Positions 11,942-28,047 of a stretch of 64,000 nucleotides of DNA are shown in pieces (positions within the stretch are counted from its first letter, which is position 1; each line of letters starts with the position of its first letter). The stretch is from the NCBI RefSeq assembly GCF_009914755.1, contig NC_060939.1, one strand, 5' to 3'. The DNA is from the human T2T-CHM13v2.0 reference genome, Homo sapiens. The notes beneath the pieces are model-generated. The model ran no database searches and was not told where the DNA came from. It was given only the letters and a program-made list of their open reading frames with translations. The position numbers and the translations under genes are program-made.

Positions 11942-14289
11942 GCCTGGGGAGTAGAATGAGCAAGAATGTGTGTGTTTAATAGTGGTCTTTTCAGGTCTTT
12001 TGGTTTTTGGAAAACGAAATTCAGTATGTGAATAGCCCTATGGTAGAAAACAAATTCTGATGCCAAAAAAAATGTAGTTGGAAGGTTTTTTGTTTCCTTC
12101 ACATTCACTATTTTTGAAATCCACGGTTCTGTGGTATTACATACATATTACTTTTGAAAGGTCACTCTTCCGTCATCATTTTATTTCAATAAGTCCTAAA
12201 CCTTCTGTGGTAGCATATTGGAATAGTAATAAAGTCATGCCATGTTATTTTGGATAAGCAAAAGGATTAAGCTGGATTAAAGAGAAAATGATTCTAGAAT
12301 TTTTGACCTACCTTCTCCCAAAATATAATTTTTTTGTGAGATAATTTGCTGTTCTAACTTCTCATTGATGAGGAAAAGCCTCAGTTATTTGATTTTAAAA
12401 GACAGGGTCCTCTGTACATTTGGGGGTCAATCTAATTTCCGCAAAATGTACCCAATCCATAAACAGACTCTCAAAGTTTGAAGTGGAAGATTAACCACTA
12501 CTAAGACACACATACACATAAGGATGTCCTCAATCTGAATTCTCCATGGTATAAAGTCACCCACTCCAATTTCTACCCTCACATTAACCTATATTCTGCC
12601 CATTCGGGATATATATTTCCTGCTCAAATCCATCAGTTTCACTATTTCACCACTTGCACCATTTGCACCATTTCACCATTTGCAAAGCACCTTAAACACA
12701 CTTAAGAGGTGAATATTATTTAAAGTTTACTAAACAATTTAAGTCAATTCTAGACCGATGAAGTACCTAATTCCTAGAGAAATACATTTCTGTTCTCTGT
12801 ACATCAAAACATTGTTAGAACAGCTATAAACTCAAATGCAATTATGTTCTCAGGCAATGTTAAATTGAGCAATAAAAATGCTAAGCTCAGAAATGACTGG
12901 TTTGCTAAGGGAAAAAAAATCTCTCTTCCCACCCCCACCTCCCCACACTCCTTTCAATTGGTTAACTTCTATTAGAGAAGCCAGCATTCTCAAAATGAGG
13001 TCTGAAATAAGTATTTCTTTCCCAATTTGTTTATTTCAATGAAATCAACTTGTATTGATTTTAAAACAAATAAACTTGATAAAATTCTACTCATGCTTGG
13101 GAATCAGTCTGCTTAAGAATATTAAGCTCTACATAATAATTTCTTATCCTCACCATTAACTATTACAGGCTCATTTCCAAAGGCCTGCTATACTGAAATT
13201 CCATTGATTTTTGAAACATTCCAACAACATACTTGGAAACATTACACAAATATTTTATCTCCAACATTATTTCTTGCAATGAAATACTCTCTTGCAATAT
13301 TCAAGGCATGAGAATTAAACTTCACTTAGCCCAAATATAACACCCAGCAACTGCAAAAATTGAAAAAAATGACTAGTGGTGATTAAAAAAACTGACTGGC
13401 AAAGTAAAATGTTCTATGATATACCATGTTGCTGGTGGTATGGGGAAATAGGCATTCTTATACAAAAATAAGAACTTTTGCACATTAGAAACACTCTTTT
13501 CTGAGAAAAAATTGGAAATACCTATCAAAATTCATTCATACATTCTGATACTGTAATTTCATAGTTACAAATTTTTGCTATAAACAGCCCATCAATATTG
13601 ATTAAAGTATGCCTATAAAATGGAATACTATGCAGACATGAAATTAAAAAGGCAGATCTATATCCAAAATACACTAATTTGTTTTTAAGAAGGTACAAAA
13701 GGTTGCAAACTATATGAATTCATTTATATAACATTTTGCAATGTTGGCCAGGGTGTGAGGGGAAGGAGGAGGAAGTTTCTCATTTTAACGAATAACTGGT
13801 AATTGAGGAGGAGGAGGAAAGAGCAGTCTCCACCGGCTTCACATGCGGCACAGAGACCAGAAAAAAAGCAACATGGCCTTGGGAAACAGTTCTTTATGAA
13901 ATCTGCTCTTGATCGTTCTATCTTGAGGATATGCCAACTTCATGAGACCCCAAAGTAAAGACTTAGAACATTTTCCCCGTATTGCCTTTGTAGAGAGACA
14001 GCCTTACTCACAGCAGATACTCAGGAGCTTGACAAATCAAAATCTAGATTTTTGTCAATTATTATGACCAGATTCTTTAAATATAAAATTCATAATTGAT
14101 CATGAGTTAAGAGAGTGGCTACTCTCAAAGAAGTGAAATATCCTGCTAATTAATAAGGGGTACATCAAAATTTTTAAAACCTCATTCTTTTATATTCAAA
14201 AGTCCTGTTATTATAATTAATTGGTATTTTTCAGGTTTTTCTTTCTTGGTCACTTTGGTCCTACCCAAATCTAGATTATTTAATGGACT

Positions 14290-14397
14290 AGAGCAAGAGT
14301 CACCAAACATTTTCTTAAAGGGCCATATCATAAATATTTTAGGCTTTCCAAACCAAGACAAAAATCAATCAATATTGTAACTACTCAACTCTGCCAT
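14290..14397 (+). mobile_element. MER58A fragment
   Basis: aaacattttcttaaagggcc...aaatattttaggcttt...aactactcaactctgcc. Confidence 0.55.
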
Positions 14398-15633
14398 CTT
14401 ACCTCTGTATTTTATCCAGCTAAAGTGTCAATTAACTGTCAGGTTTCCTGACAAAATTTAGGAATTTAATCTTCTGCAAATCTTATACTTGTAATTGGAG
14501 GCAGAGTACAAACAAAGGCAGGGGTCTCTAGAGTTGACACTCTGTGTGATGGTCATGCCACACTATCCTTGCTCACCCAAAATTTTGTGGCTAAACAAAG
14601 AGGGCCAAGACTGGAGACTCTCCAACCATCCTCTCCAGCTCTAAATGTCTATATTAGGATCAGTGTATAAGCACAAAAGCTCACTGATCTTTCAGTTATT
14701 TCTGCCTTTGTTCAGGTTTTCCACACCCAGGGCACCAATCTATCAGATTTTGAATACCAGAAGCTTAGAATGTTTACAGGTACTCTTAAAAACAATTAGG
14801 GAAAATTATTAATTCAGATAAATTTTCTCCCCTTAAAACCCAAGTTTTTAAAATTTTCAAAACCACTAGGTTTTGAGTCTGTGAAAGCTCTGAATCCCTA
14901 AACTTAAGCAGCCTTGCTGAAGTGAAAAAATCAAGCTTTATCAGCTTTTACTTAAGTCAGGGTGACTTAAGTATAAAACACATATGGCAGTCATATTTAA
15001 ATTAAGAGACTAGTTAAAATATTTATTAGCCCCTATTGAAAAATATTTAATAAAGAAATGTCTGGCAGGCTAAGCCGCTTAACTAGATGAGGGACATAGC
15101 TAAAGTGATTATTTTTATCAGTCTTCTATATACATGTTGCATATTTCATGACCACAAGTACCATACAGTTCCAAAACTTTTTTGCTGCATGCTAGTACAT
15201 GTGGCTTTATTACTGAACATAAAATCATTAAGAATGCACAGTTCAGAATTCTATTTGGGAAAAGAGACCTTCCTCATATTTCATTATTTTTAGCTAAATG
15301 AATGTGTTTGCATAAATAATCAAAATATGAAATAAATCCCTGCTGATCATCAGATTACTGCTATGCAGAGCTACAGAGTAAATGCTTAGAAGGGCAAAGA
15401 CCATGGCAAATAAAGAGGTAGGCTTTTTAATGAATCATTTCAGGGCTGTCTGAATATCAGCAAAGTAAACAATCATCCTTTTGCCATTTTAAAAGGCCTT
15501 TCCCATTAAATACACTAGCTTCTGTTCAAATATACAAAGAGCAAGCAATCCAAGCAACTTACATTTAAACTAGCAATTACATTGGTTTTATTTAACAAAT
15601 AAAAGTTATCTACATTTTTCTTTTTTTAAAAAA

Positions 15634-15758
15634 ATTTTTTTTTTTGGTAGAAATGGAGTCTTATTGCCCAGGCTGGTCTCAAACTCCTAACATCATGGGA
15701 TCCTACTCCTCGGTCTCCCAAAGTGCTGGGATTACAGGTGTAACCCATCACACCTGGC
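15634..15758 (-). mobile_element. FLAM / Alu left monomer
   Basis: Reverse Alu monomer. Confidence 0.85.
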
Positions 15759-15790
15759 TCTTTTAGCTCTTGAAATAGGTTTCAGGCTTA

Positions 15791-16420
<630 letters not shown>

Positions 16421-16912
16421 TTTTTAAAAGTTGTTGTGTTTAGTGCAAGAGACCAGTGCTGTAGTACCAGTTCTTGATTTACGTATATGAATATATAAAA
16501 CCTGTGAGGACAGAAAAACAAGAACTAGAGGGAGAACTAGCATACAAAAAAACTGAATAAAGCTTTGTATTCCCAAACTGAAAGAAAGAAGTACAATTTT
16601 TAAAAATTTTGTGACATTCTAATAAAATATCTTCCAAGAATACACTAAGACAACAGTTCGTTTATGTTTTGAACAGGTCACTCACTAATCAAGAAAGACA
16701 GTAAGACGAGGAGTTCCCTCAACACGTGGTCCCTCCCCATCCAGATTTCTGGTTTCTTTAGACCATTCCGGGTCTAGGTGTATAGACAAGAAATGGAAAA
16801 CATGGGAAACTGGAGGCCAGTACCTCAGTCACTTCCACATTACCTACATACACAAAGATTCACTGTGATGGGGATTAAAACCATTCAGGGCTGACAACAG
16901 AGAACCAACTCA

Positions 16913-17044
<132 letters not shown>

Positions 17045-17316
17045 TCATCCTCGTTAGAAGTGTTCTTTAAAAGTTAAAGCTGCAGATTCACAGGCCACTA
17101 CCCACTTACAGAAAGGAAAATGACAGAAACTGAAAGAGTGGAAAAAAGATTCCATGATTGGTATAATTTACAGACATGTAATTAAAACAAAGACATGCAT
17201 TTTATAATAATTTACAGTAAAACAATATATGACATTAAAGACAAGCAAGGTGGCAGAAAAGAAGTCCCAGATGGTGATAAGACATGGTGAAAAACAGGTT
17301 AATCAAGCTAGACTCA

Positions 17317-17490
<174 letters not shown>

Positions 17491-17582
17491 CTAAAGGAGA
17501 AGAGAATAAGTATTATTTCTCACAAAAACCAAATACCTGAAGTTCCATGTACTACAGAGCTTTAAAATAAGCTACTCTAGAC

Positions 17583-18040
<458 letters not shown>

Positions 18041-18635
18041 GTACATTGCCTATAAGCGGTAGTTTCTAACTAAGGAAAATCTTCATGTCTTACATGTTAA
18101 ATATCTGGTTCCATGTTAAATATTATTTCCAATGACAAAGTATTTAAAATATTTGGTCTTAAAAATTTTGAGATTTGCTTTAAGATAATGAAGCAAAAAG
18201 TAAGTAGGGGCAATAAGACTGACGAAAAGTTGATATTACTGAGGCAAGGTCGGGGTGCAAACATCTATTACACTATTCTTTCTACCTTTGTGTGTATCAG
18301 ACTGTCCATAACAACTTTTTTTTGACAGTTTTTCTGTTGCCTTTTCTTATCTTGTTTTCTAAAGGTATATATAGACCTCCCACCTCCCCTGGAGTCAATC
18401 TGGACTCCCACCTTTCCTGTGACACATACCTCTCTCTTGCGTCATCACCCCTTTGGCTAAGTACTTTGGGAGAGTACAGACTGGGGTCAGGGAAGGGGAA
18501 ATCAGATGATAAAAAAAAGTTCAAGATGTTTCTCATCTGGCTAGGTGATGAAATAAACTTTTCAAGGGTGAAGGTTGGGGAAAAATATTGGTCACATCAG
18601 GATAGCCATGTATGTGAAGAAACATGGCTAATTTA

Positions 18636-18842
<207 letters not shown>

Positions 18843-20324
18843 TCAAAAATACTAGTAAAAGTAACATTAGTCAAGGCTCCTACTAAAATACTTAAATGAA
18901 ATGTTTGCAAGTTGCCAGATATCTATGAATTTCCTGTAAAGTTTTCTCCCTTCCTGCCTTCATCTTCATATAGATATAGATGAAGGCAGGAGGGAGAAAA
19001 GTGACAGGTAAAAATTCAGACATATACCACATACATTCAAGCATTCAAAGAGAAGATTGTGTGCAAAATGGCAGGCTAACAATGTATTCAAAAGGGAGAA
19101 AAGTTGAGGCTTGGGATAGATGTCCTAAATTATAAATGGATGCCTTCCTTTTACAAATAAGTTACTCATTTTCCTTTCCTAAAGGAGGTAAAACAAAGTA
19201 ACTCTGAAGCTCCTGTAAGATACTTTTAGGACAAATGCCAACATTATTTCCATTTTATTTATTCAACGTTTAGAGTTGGCTAAATGTGCAAAAGTAATCG
19301 GCAGGTTTAAAAAAATCAGTCCTTAGAAATGGCACTTTATGAAAAAGCTACTGTTCAATGTATTGCAAAAAGGAGACAGGAAACAAGCTTCATAGCTTAT
19401 TGCTGCCAATTACTAAAATGGCAAGCAAGTATCACTTAGTAAAGTTTGCTTGTACCAGATCCTCCTTACCCCTCGGAGGACTGGACTTATCTGGTAATTA
19501 CAACAGTAATATCATAAGTCCATAAAATTGATAACCAGATCATAGGTAGGGACATAATCCATTGCATTTTTTTTTTAGCACAGCTTTACAGTACCTTACG
19601 TATCAATGATCTGAAAATTAACTTGGCATATTATGCCCTTGACTCAAAACCATTAAGTTATAATGAGAATGAGTCTATTATGTCTTTACCATGCCTCTAA
19701 AATTATACCCATATTAATTAATTTAAAGCAGCCTGTTTAGCCTTAAGTAGTACTACAGGTAGACAGCAAAATCAGGCAAAATAGAAAGGAAGGAACGGTG
19801 AAATGATTAAAAAGAATGAAGGGCAAGAAAGGAGTGCTGGCACCAGCTGCCTTGGTGTTCTAAGTTGGCAGGACCCCTTGTTCCTCAGGACAGGGGTGGA
19901 AGGTGGGATCACAACTCACAACACCTTTTTCTATGTTTAGGACCAAAGCATTTTTTAAAGAGACAATGGAAAACGCAATTCTGAGTTTGGTTCTTCTAAA
20001 GCAGAAATCAGAAAATTATGCCTCCCCTCATATAGGCAATCTGTGTGCTGAGGAAATCTGAACAAACTTCTCAGCTAATTATTCATTTGCAGCTATAAAT
20101 ACCTATAATCAAGAACAATACATATATAACACTCTGCTATATTAAATGAGGTAAGGAGTCTTGACATGTAAATATTTGCCAATTAACTTTAGATATTTGA
20201 AATACAGATTAAACAAGTAAGGCAAAAGAAAATGTTTACTCTGATAAAATGAATGTGTTCTATTTTACTTGAAACACTTAAACCACCTTTTAAGGCATTA
20301 TGTGAATTACAGTAGACAACATAC

Positions 20325-20399
20325 CTTTGCTCTGTAAACATATCCCAAAACCACTACAACAACTTCTGTGACAAAAACCAAGAGCAGGATGATGACAAA
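20325..20399 (-). CDS. TSPAN3: TSPAN3 exon 3 (FVIILLLVFVTEVVVVVLGYVYRAK, TM3)
   Basis: ttacag acceptor, gtatgt donor, 75 nt. Confidence 0.97.
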
Positions 20400-20566
20400 C
20401 TGTAAGAAAACATGGTTTAAAATTATATACAAATGAAAAAATAACTTTAAATACACTCTTGATTTAAAAAAAGTTATCAGAGATAATTGCTAGAAGTTTA
20501 AATGTTAACTCTGTTCCAACTATAAGAGCCAAGGAGTCTCATGTTCAAGGAGAGTAGCATAGACTA

Positions 20567-20806
<240 letters not shown>

Positions 20807-21394
20807 TCAGTACTGGTCTCTAAGCACTGCTGGTAAAAATTTCCTATTATTGCTTAGTATGGTATAATTTAATGAGAGTTACCGTAACTGTTATAGACTT
20901 TTTTCAGTAAAGCTGAAAATTCTATGATTCCTTGTTAAGAGCATTTCTATACTAGATAAAATTAAAAAGTTATCCACACTTCACCTACTTTTCACGAATT
21001 GATGGTTCAGCTAGGACCAAGAAACCATAACCAAATAATAACAATGATGATGACACACACCTACACATCCCTAAAGGCTTACTGTAGCTCAATTCCACAT
21101 CCAATACGGATCAGTATGGTGGTAGGGGGATCTTTGCTCACTACAGTTGCCCTCAATAAGTGGGGAAATTTGGTAGAAATGACAGAGCTTGGATTTGAAC
21201 TCAGGCAATCTGACTCCAGAATCTACACTTCTAATCTCTATCTACCCCACCTCAAGGAAAAGAAAATACACCAACTAGTAAGCATGATACCCACCCCACT
21301 TCCAAAAATCTTGCTGTCCTAGAGACAGTGAAATGGCAAAGCTAGAGGGCTCAGTCATTAAAGAACACTGCAAGTCCTCTATCAATTCTTTAGA

Positions 21395-21560
21395 ATGGTG
21401 GTTCTCAAACTTTGAAGTGAATAGGAATTGCCTGAGGATCTGAATAACAAGCAGATTGATTCAGGAGGTCTGAGGAGGAGCCTGAGAGTCTGCATTTCTA
21501 ACAAGTTCCCAGGTGATGCTGGTGCAGCTTCTTCTTGGAGCGCACTCTGAGTAACAAGGT
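21395..21560. mobile_element. MER5A
   Basis: gtggttctcaaactt...tctgcatttctaacaagttcccaggtgatgctg. Confidence 0.75.
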
Positions 21561-22159
21561 ATTAAAGACCTAAAGGGAAAGTGAACACACAAAGACAAGT
21601 GATAGGTGTGTCTTATTTCAGCTGCTGCTCCAGGCATCATTCTCCAGCTGCAGAGTCTTACTTTCTCCGCTATTGTCAATTTTGCTATCTTTGGGTACCA
21701 GCTCTGTGCTGACAGCCCAATGCCACTGGCTCATATACAAACAAGCAAATGCAGTGTCAGAGTAAGTGTTAAAACATTTGGTTATCACTTGGATAACAAT
21801 GAGTTATCATTTGTAGAGTACTTTGAAACTTTCACAAGAAGTATTTCATCATCCTTTAAAATTTAACATATAAATCATCTTCAAACTAGAAACAGCTGCC
21901 ACAGTGATACTGGAAATATCATTAACTTCTCTGAACCTGAAAACCCAGATCATTTAAGTTTATGAAATTCAGTAAGCTTGGGGATCATCAGTATATTTTT
22001 TTACACTAGGCCATTAGGATCACTGTCAGATGAGGAAGAAAAAGACTCCATTTATGTAAATTTGGGAAAGTAATTTGATTTTTTAAAATGTAACATGAAC
22101 TTTTTAAAGTGAGAAGACAACTAGAATAATGAAGGCAATTTTTAAAAACATTGTTTTAA

Positions 22160-23232
22160 AACTCTCTTCCTCTGGCTTCCAAGAGGCCCCACTGCTGGTT
22201 TTCTTCCTACTTCCCCAGGTGCTCACTTTTTCATTCTCTTCACGGACTCTGAGATGTTAGTGATCTCCAGGATTCTGTCTTCGGCCTTATTCTTTAGTCA
22301 TTCTCTGGGCTCTCCGTGGGCTACAGCAGCTATGGCTTCATTAGTCATTGTAGCTCACTACCTGAGCTATCATCTCAGAACTACACATTTCCATCTGCAA
22401 GTTCCAGAGACATGTCATCCTCAACCTGTCTCAAACCCTTTCTGCCTTCCTGCCCAGCCCATCTAATCTTCCCTTACATTCCTATCATAGCAAAAGGTAC
22501 CAGACATCTAATTTTTCTGGTCAAACATCTGAGGATTAACTTTCCTTGCCCCACCTCTATAACCCATAAATCACAAAACTTCAACTTTACTTCCAAAACA
22601 TTATTCGAATACCTCAACTCCTCTTCAACCCCACTGCAGTGCTTCTGTCTTAATTTGGGCCTTATCTTATCCCCCTAAATCTTACTTATTGACTCTCCCT
22701 GCATCTTAATACATTCTTTATACTACCAGGGTTATATTTATTAAAAATACAAACCAGATCAAGCCATAGCCTTACTTAAAATCAGGATGAGGCAAGTGAG
22801 TCCCCGATGAACCAAGCTATTCCTCCTTTTCAGCCCCAGATCTCATTACCCCTTGTGAACTATGAACAATATAGAACTGTTATACCCAAATGGACCACAT
22901 ATTCTCTCACTTCTTTGCCTCCGCTGTTCTCTCTAGAATGCTCTCTTCAAATGCCTGGGAACTCCTTGTCGCTCATTAAGATGAAGCTTAAATGTTACCT
23001 CTTCCTTTTGGAAGCCATTCTTGACCATTTCAGGCTGGATTAGCTGCCCTTGGTGGACACAAACATCTCCCAGTGCATGGTTCTAACAGAATATTTATCG
23101 AAACGGTTGCAATTATAGCTATACCTGTCTCAACACACCTTGAGAGCACGAATTGTACCCATCTGTCCTTCACCCTTGTATCATCTAGAACAGTACTTGG
23201 CAGACAGCAGGTATCAGTTAAAGTTTATTGAG
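22160..23232 (+). mobile_element. L2 LINE (3' portion)
   Basis: ctctggcttcc...ctggttttcttcctac (degenerate RT) through to an L2-type 3' end. Confidence 0.6.
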
Positions 23233-23601
23233 TACACCTCATCTCACCCCTTTCCCTTGAAATCACCCTCCCAACTCTATCATAAGCTTTGGTTTGTATT
23301 TGCGTTGGTTTGTATTTGTATTTGGTTTGTATCTGGTTTCTCTTCAGTTCAATGCTTATAGCTTTTAGTTCACTATTCAATTATTTGGCAACTGAATCCA
23401 GCTTGCTGAATTCTGATGGCCATTACATCTGGAATATGTTAATATATCGTAAATATGTCATAAATATAAACACTGTACTTACAGCAAACTGCCTGTTCAA
23501 AGGTTCTCAGAGTTCACTGACATATTTGCTTTTGGGGCATGGTACTAGAGAATGAAGGTGAGCACAAAAGTGGGGGGGAGTGGAGAAGAGAAATAGTTTA
23601 A

Positions 23602-23917
<316 letters not shown>

Positions 23918-25774
23918 AGACATAGCTTAATTTTAATTTGGGTGCATTTATTACAGAAGTATGTCAACTACTTAACACTCTTCCCAAATACCCCTTTTTA
24001 TTGACTACTTGTGTGATATATATTCACACACATGTACACACACACATTTTGCTAAAGTAAATAGTATCAGTCCTCACGCTAAATTAGAAGCAATCTGAAG
24101 TGCAAATTAATCAAATTTTGTCATTTGTTTTTATTAGACGTTTCTCTATCCTTTAATGTTGTAGGTTTTTTTTACTCTAAAAGGCAGTATTTATTTCTTA
24201 AAAGGCTTGAGTTAAAATGAATTCCATTTCTGAGCTTTCGGTACACCTACTGAAACTTCACTAGCTTTAGCCTATGTAAATTCGAATGAAAATAAGAGAA
24301 AACTGGAGGCCATATGTACTTAACAATCAACCTGAAGCACAGTTCACTGAAGAACTACTTGCATTTTAGATATAAATTGATGAGTTTTCAATCTAAAGAG
24401 GTTCCTATGAGACTCACACTTAGTGCTGCTTGGAGGTGGGCCAAGGGAAATGTTTCCTCTGCTGCCACTGCCTCTCCCCCCTAAAAGAGGCACTCATCTG
24501 AAACTGAGACTACAAGAAAGCAGAAAAACCAGCAACAGAGACAACCAGATGCACAACAAATGCAATGGAGGGCTGTGGGGAGATGCCATTTGTAAAGCTG
24601 CCTCTTCTTTTCTGATAGACTCTACAACAGTTTTTTTTCCCAGGCTGCAGTCAACATCCAAGTCACACAACAAGATGAGAACATAACAAAGCTCTATTTG
24701 GCAACATATAGTTAAAGGAACTTACTAGTTGCACACACCAAAGAGAAAACTGCACGGATTGCTGATATGAAACTATACACATCAAATTGCTTATAAATAG
24801 ACGATGTGTTTCCTAAATTGAAAACAGCTTCAAATTTTGCTTTTACTGAAATCTGTATATGGTGCTTATATCTTAAGCTGTATAATAAACAATTATGAAA
24901 TGACACTGGTTACTTTGAAAATATAGAAGAGGTATCCCAGTAGCAGCTGAAGACCTAAAAACAGCCAAAAGTAATTGTTGTAATGATATCCAACCATCAA
25001 TATGAAAAACACCCAAAAGAACATGGGAAACAGTATAGTAAATGGAAGAGAGGTTCTAAGAAATTCCTAACTAGTATGCATAGGGACTTTGTCATCCCTC
25101 AGATTTTTAATGCAGAAATTGTGGCTATCAGAAAAGCTATATAAAAGGTGAGCTTAAATTCTTCTTTTGAAGGGCCATGATGGGATTGAGATCTATCAAA
25201 GGATCTGAGCTTTGCCAATAAAGCAGCTGCAAAGGAGGGGGCTGGGGAGGAGGGAGGTGCAACAGAAAAGGAGATGAAATGTAGAACTTGGAAGCAGCTG
25301 AACTGCTTTAGTCACCACTGAGAAAATCTGAGCCTGTAAGGAGGATTTGTGCCAGGACAGTGTACTAAAAATATTCATCCTTTTTACAAAGAAGTGAAAG
25401 GAAATTTAGGCAAAAGGCTGAGGTCTGAAATTACAGAAAGAATAATTTTTAAAAAACCATTATTCTTTATCTTTTAATAAGCCTATACTCTAAATTAAGT
25501 CACAACATTTTAAAACTTTAGGAGAGCCAGTGCTTTTCCACTAAGCTGTCTAAAAAATAAAGCCATCTTGTTATAAAATTTTGCAAGTATATGAGTTCCA
25601 AAAGTATGATACTTCATTTTATGCTTTTACCCTTCCTCTACATATGCACAAATGTGAAATATCTTAAAGAGATTTCATTCTTATATGAGATTGCTTTTTC
25701 CATAGCTTAGAAACTAGTTTTTGGGGGGGTAATTTTCAAATATTCTATGAAAGAGACAAGTAGATAAAATGTTA

Positions 25775-26084
<310 letters not shown>

Positions 26085-27029
26085 GTTAAAATCTGTAAAA
26101 CTATTAAATTCCTTTTCATCAACCACGGTGTAACCTGCCATTGGAATGTGGCAATATTAAAAATGAAACAGATTTGCTACAAGTGGGGAGATAAAGTAGC
26201 TCTGTTGCCAAAAGTATACCTACATGGAGATTTAGAAATACAAAGGCGAAAGCATCCCACAGGACATTTTGGGCGAAGCTGAAGCAAAGAATAGAAGTGA
26301 TTTTCTTGCAGTGGTATGTAGTAGCCATTGATGATGATTCCCATCTAGAACTGGCAAGAATCAAAACAATGTAAAGACAAGGCACCATCTGGACTTTATT
26401 CACCTAAAAGCACAGTGCCTGACAAATTCTTGCTTGCCTGTGTGAACTGCTCCCTTCGGAGTGATTTTTGCCAAAGAATCAATTAGTAAAGTAGAAGTGA
26501 CTGGAGTGTTGAGAGAAAGGAAAAAAGTCAAGAAGTAAAAGACTGAGCAAAAAATGCTGTACTCTAGACTTTGTAAGAAAGCAGGTTTTAAAAGCAGAGG
26601 GAAAAAATAGGCAGGAATCCATCTTATGCATATATCTTTTTAACATTAAATCCAGAGTTTCCTGTACTGTCATATTATTTTTCATATACCTCTTTTCTCT
26701 CCTGGGAAGAATCGTTGGTAATTCCACACAGTGGATTTCTGAAAGCTTCCCCAAACTTCACCCTTATGCCATTACAAGTGTCTTAAAATCATCTTAAATC
26801 GTTTAGCATTCTACTTGCCATAATGTATATTCTCTAATTCAACCATGCTTTCACCTCTGACTTAATCTGATAGAACAGTTTACGTCACTAAACACAACTA
26901 CTTCTTATGTAAGTCCACTACCTGAATATATCATTTACTCTCCTACCAACTCTCAAGGAAAAAAGGCCATTCCAAAGACTCCAAATCCTCTTTCAGAAAT
27001 TAAAGCTACTCTTACCAAGAATTTCTGAA

Positions 27030-27570
27030 GCTATTAAATAATATCATTTTCTACCTAACAAACTGATCAGCAATAAAGTTAAGGAGTATTCAAAGATGTG
27101 TGAGGGTGCAGAGAGAAGGGCCCTCAGATGGGCGGAAGCACAAACTAATAGAGAATCATTTTTTTGGAAACAATCTGGCAATACATATCTGCCTCAGCAT
27201 TGATGCCTTTATACCTACTTATTCCACTTCCAGGAATCTATCCTTTAGAAAGTTAGTCAGAAACACAGATTTGTGTAAAAGGTAATTCATCGAGATGTTG
27301 TAATGAAATTGTGGCTGCAAAAATGAAAATGAAAAAGCCCTGGTATTCAGAGGTGTGTCTGCATTCAGCCCTGAAATATTTTCTTAAAGCATCATTTAAT
27401 AATATGCTTGTGGTGTGATAGGGGAAAAAACACATATATCACATATTGGAAACAAACCAAAATGTTGATATTGGTTGTCTCTGGGTGGTAGAATTATGGG
27501 TGATACCAGTTTGCTTTTTAAAATACTTTTAGTGTCTTCTTTAAAATATATTACTTGCATAATTAGAATA
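27030..27570 (+). mobile_element. L1ME-type fragment
   Basis: ttttggaaacaatctggcaata...attccacttccaggaatctatcct. Confidence 0.5.
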
Positions 27571-27920
27571 ATAGTTAAAATTATGTCTGAAATTGAGGCT
27601 TTAATGTTCTCTCACCAATGAATTCATTCCTGGATGTGTCCTTAACCAACCAAAAACAGACACCTCTTCCATCCTAAATATTTTAGGCACCTCTGCCAAT
27701 CTCTCCCACTTACCACTTTTCTCAGGTCTGTGTGGCTTTGACTCATCCTGTACATGTTTTCTGATTATCTAACACAATTCTTTCAATGTACATTATGTTC
27801 CTTTTCTCATAAATATTACTTTTCAAGGAGACAAGTTTTTTTTAAAGTCCTACTTAAATTGGGGTGTAAAGTTTTATGTGTGTTTTTTTAACTCACCACT
27901 ATACTAATGAGAAAATTCTA

Positions 27921-28047
27921 TTTTTTTTTTTTAAGACAGGGTCTTGCTATGTTGCCCAGGCTGGCCTCAGACTCCTTCCCTCAGGGGATCCTCTCATCTC
28001 AGTCTTACTTGTAGCTAGGATTACAGGCATGTGCCACCAAGCCTGGC
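27921..28047 (-). mobile_element. FLAM-type Alu monomer
   Basis: Reverse Alu monomer. Confidence 0.8.
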
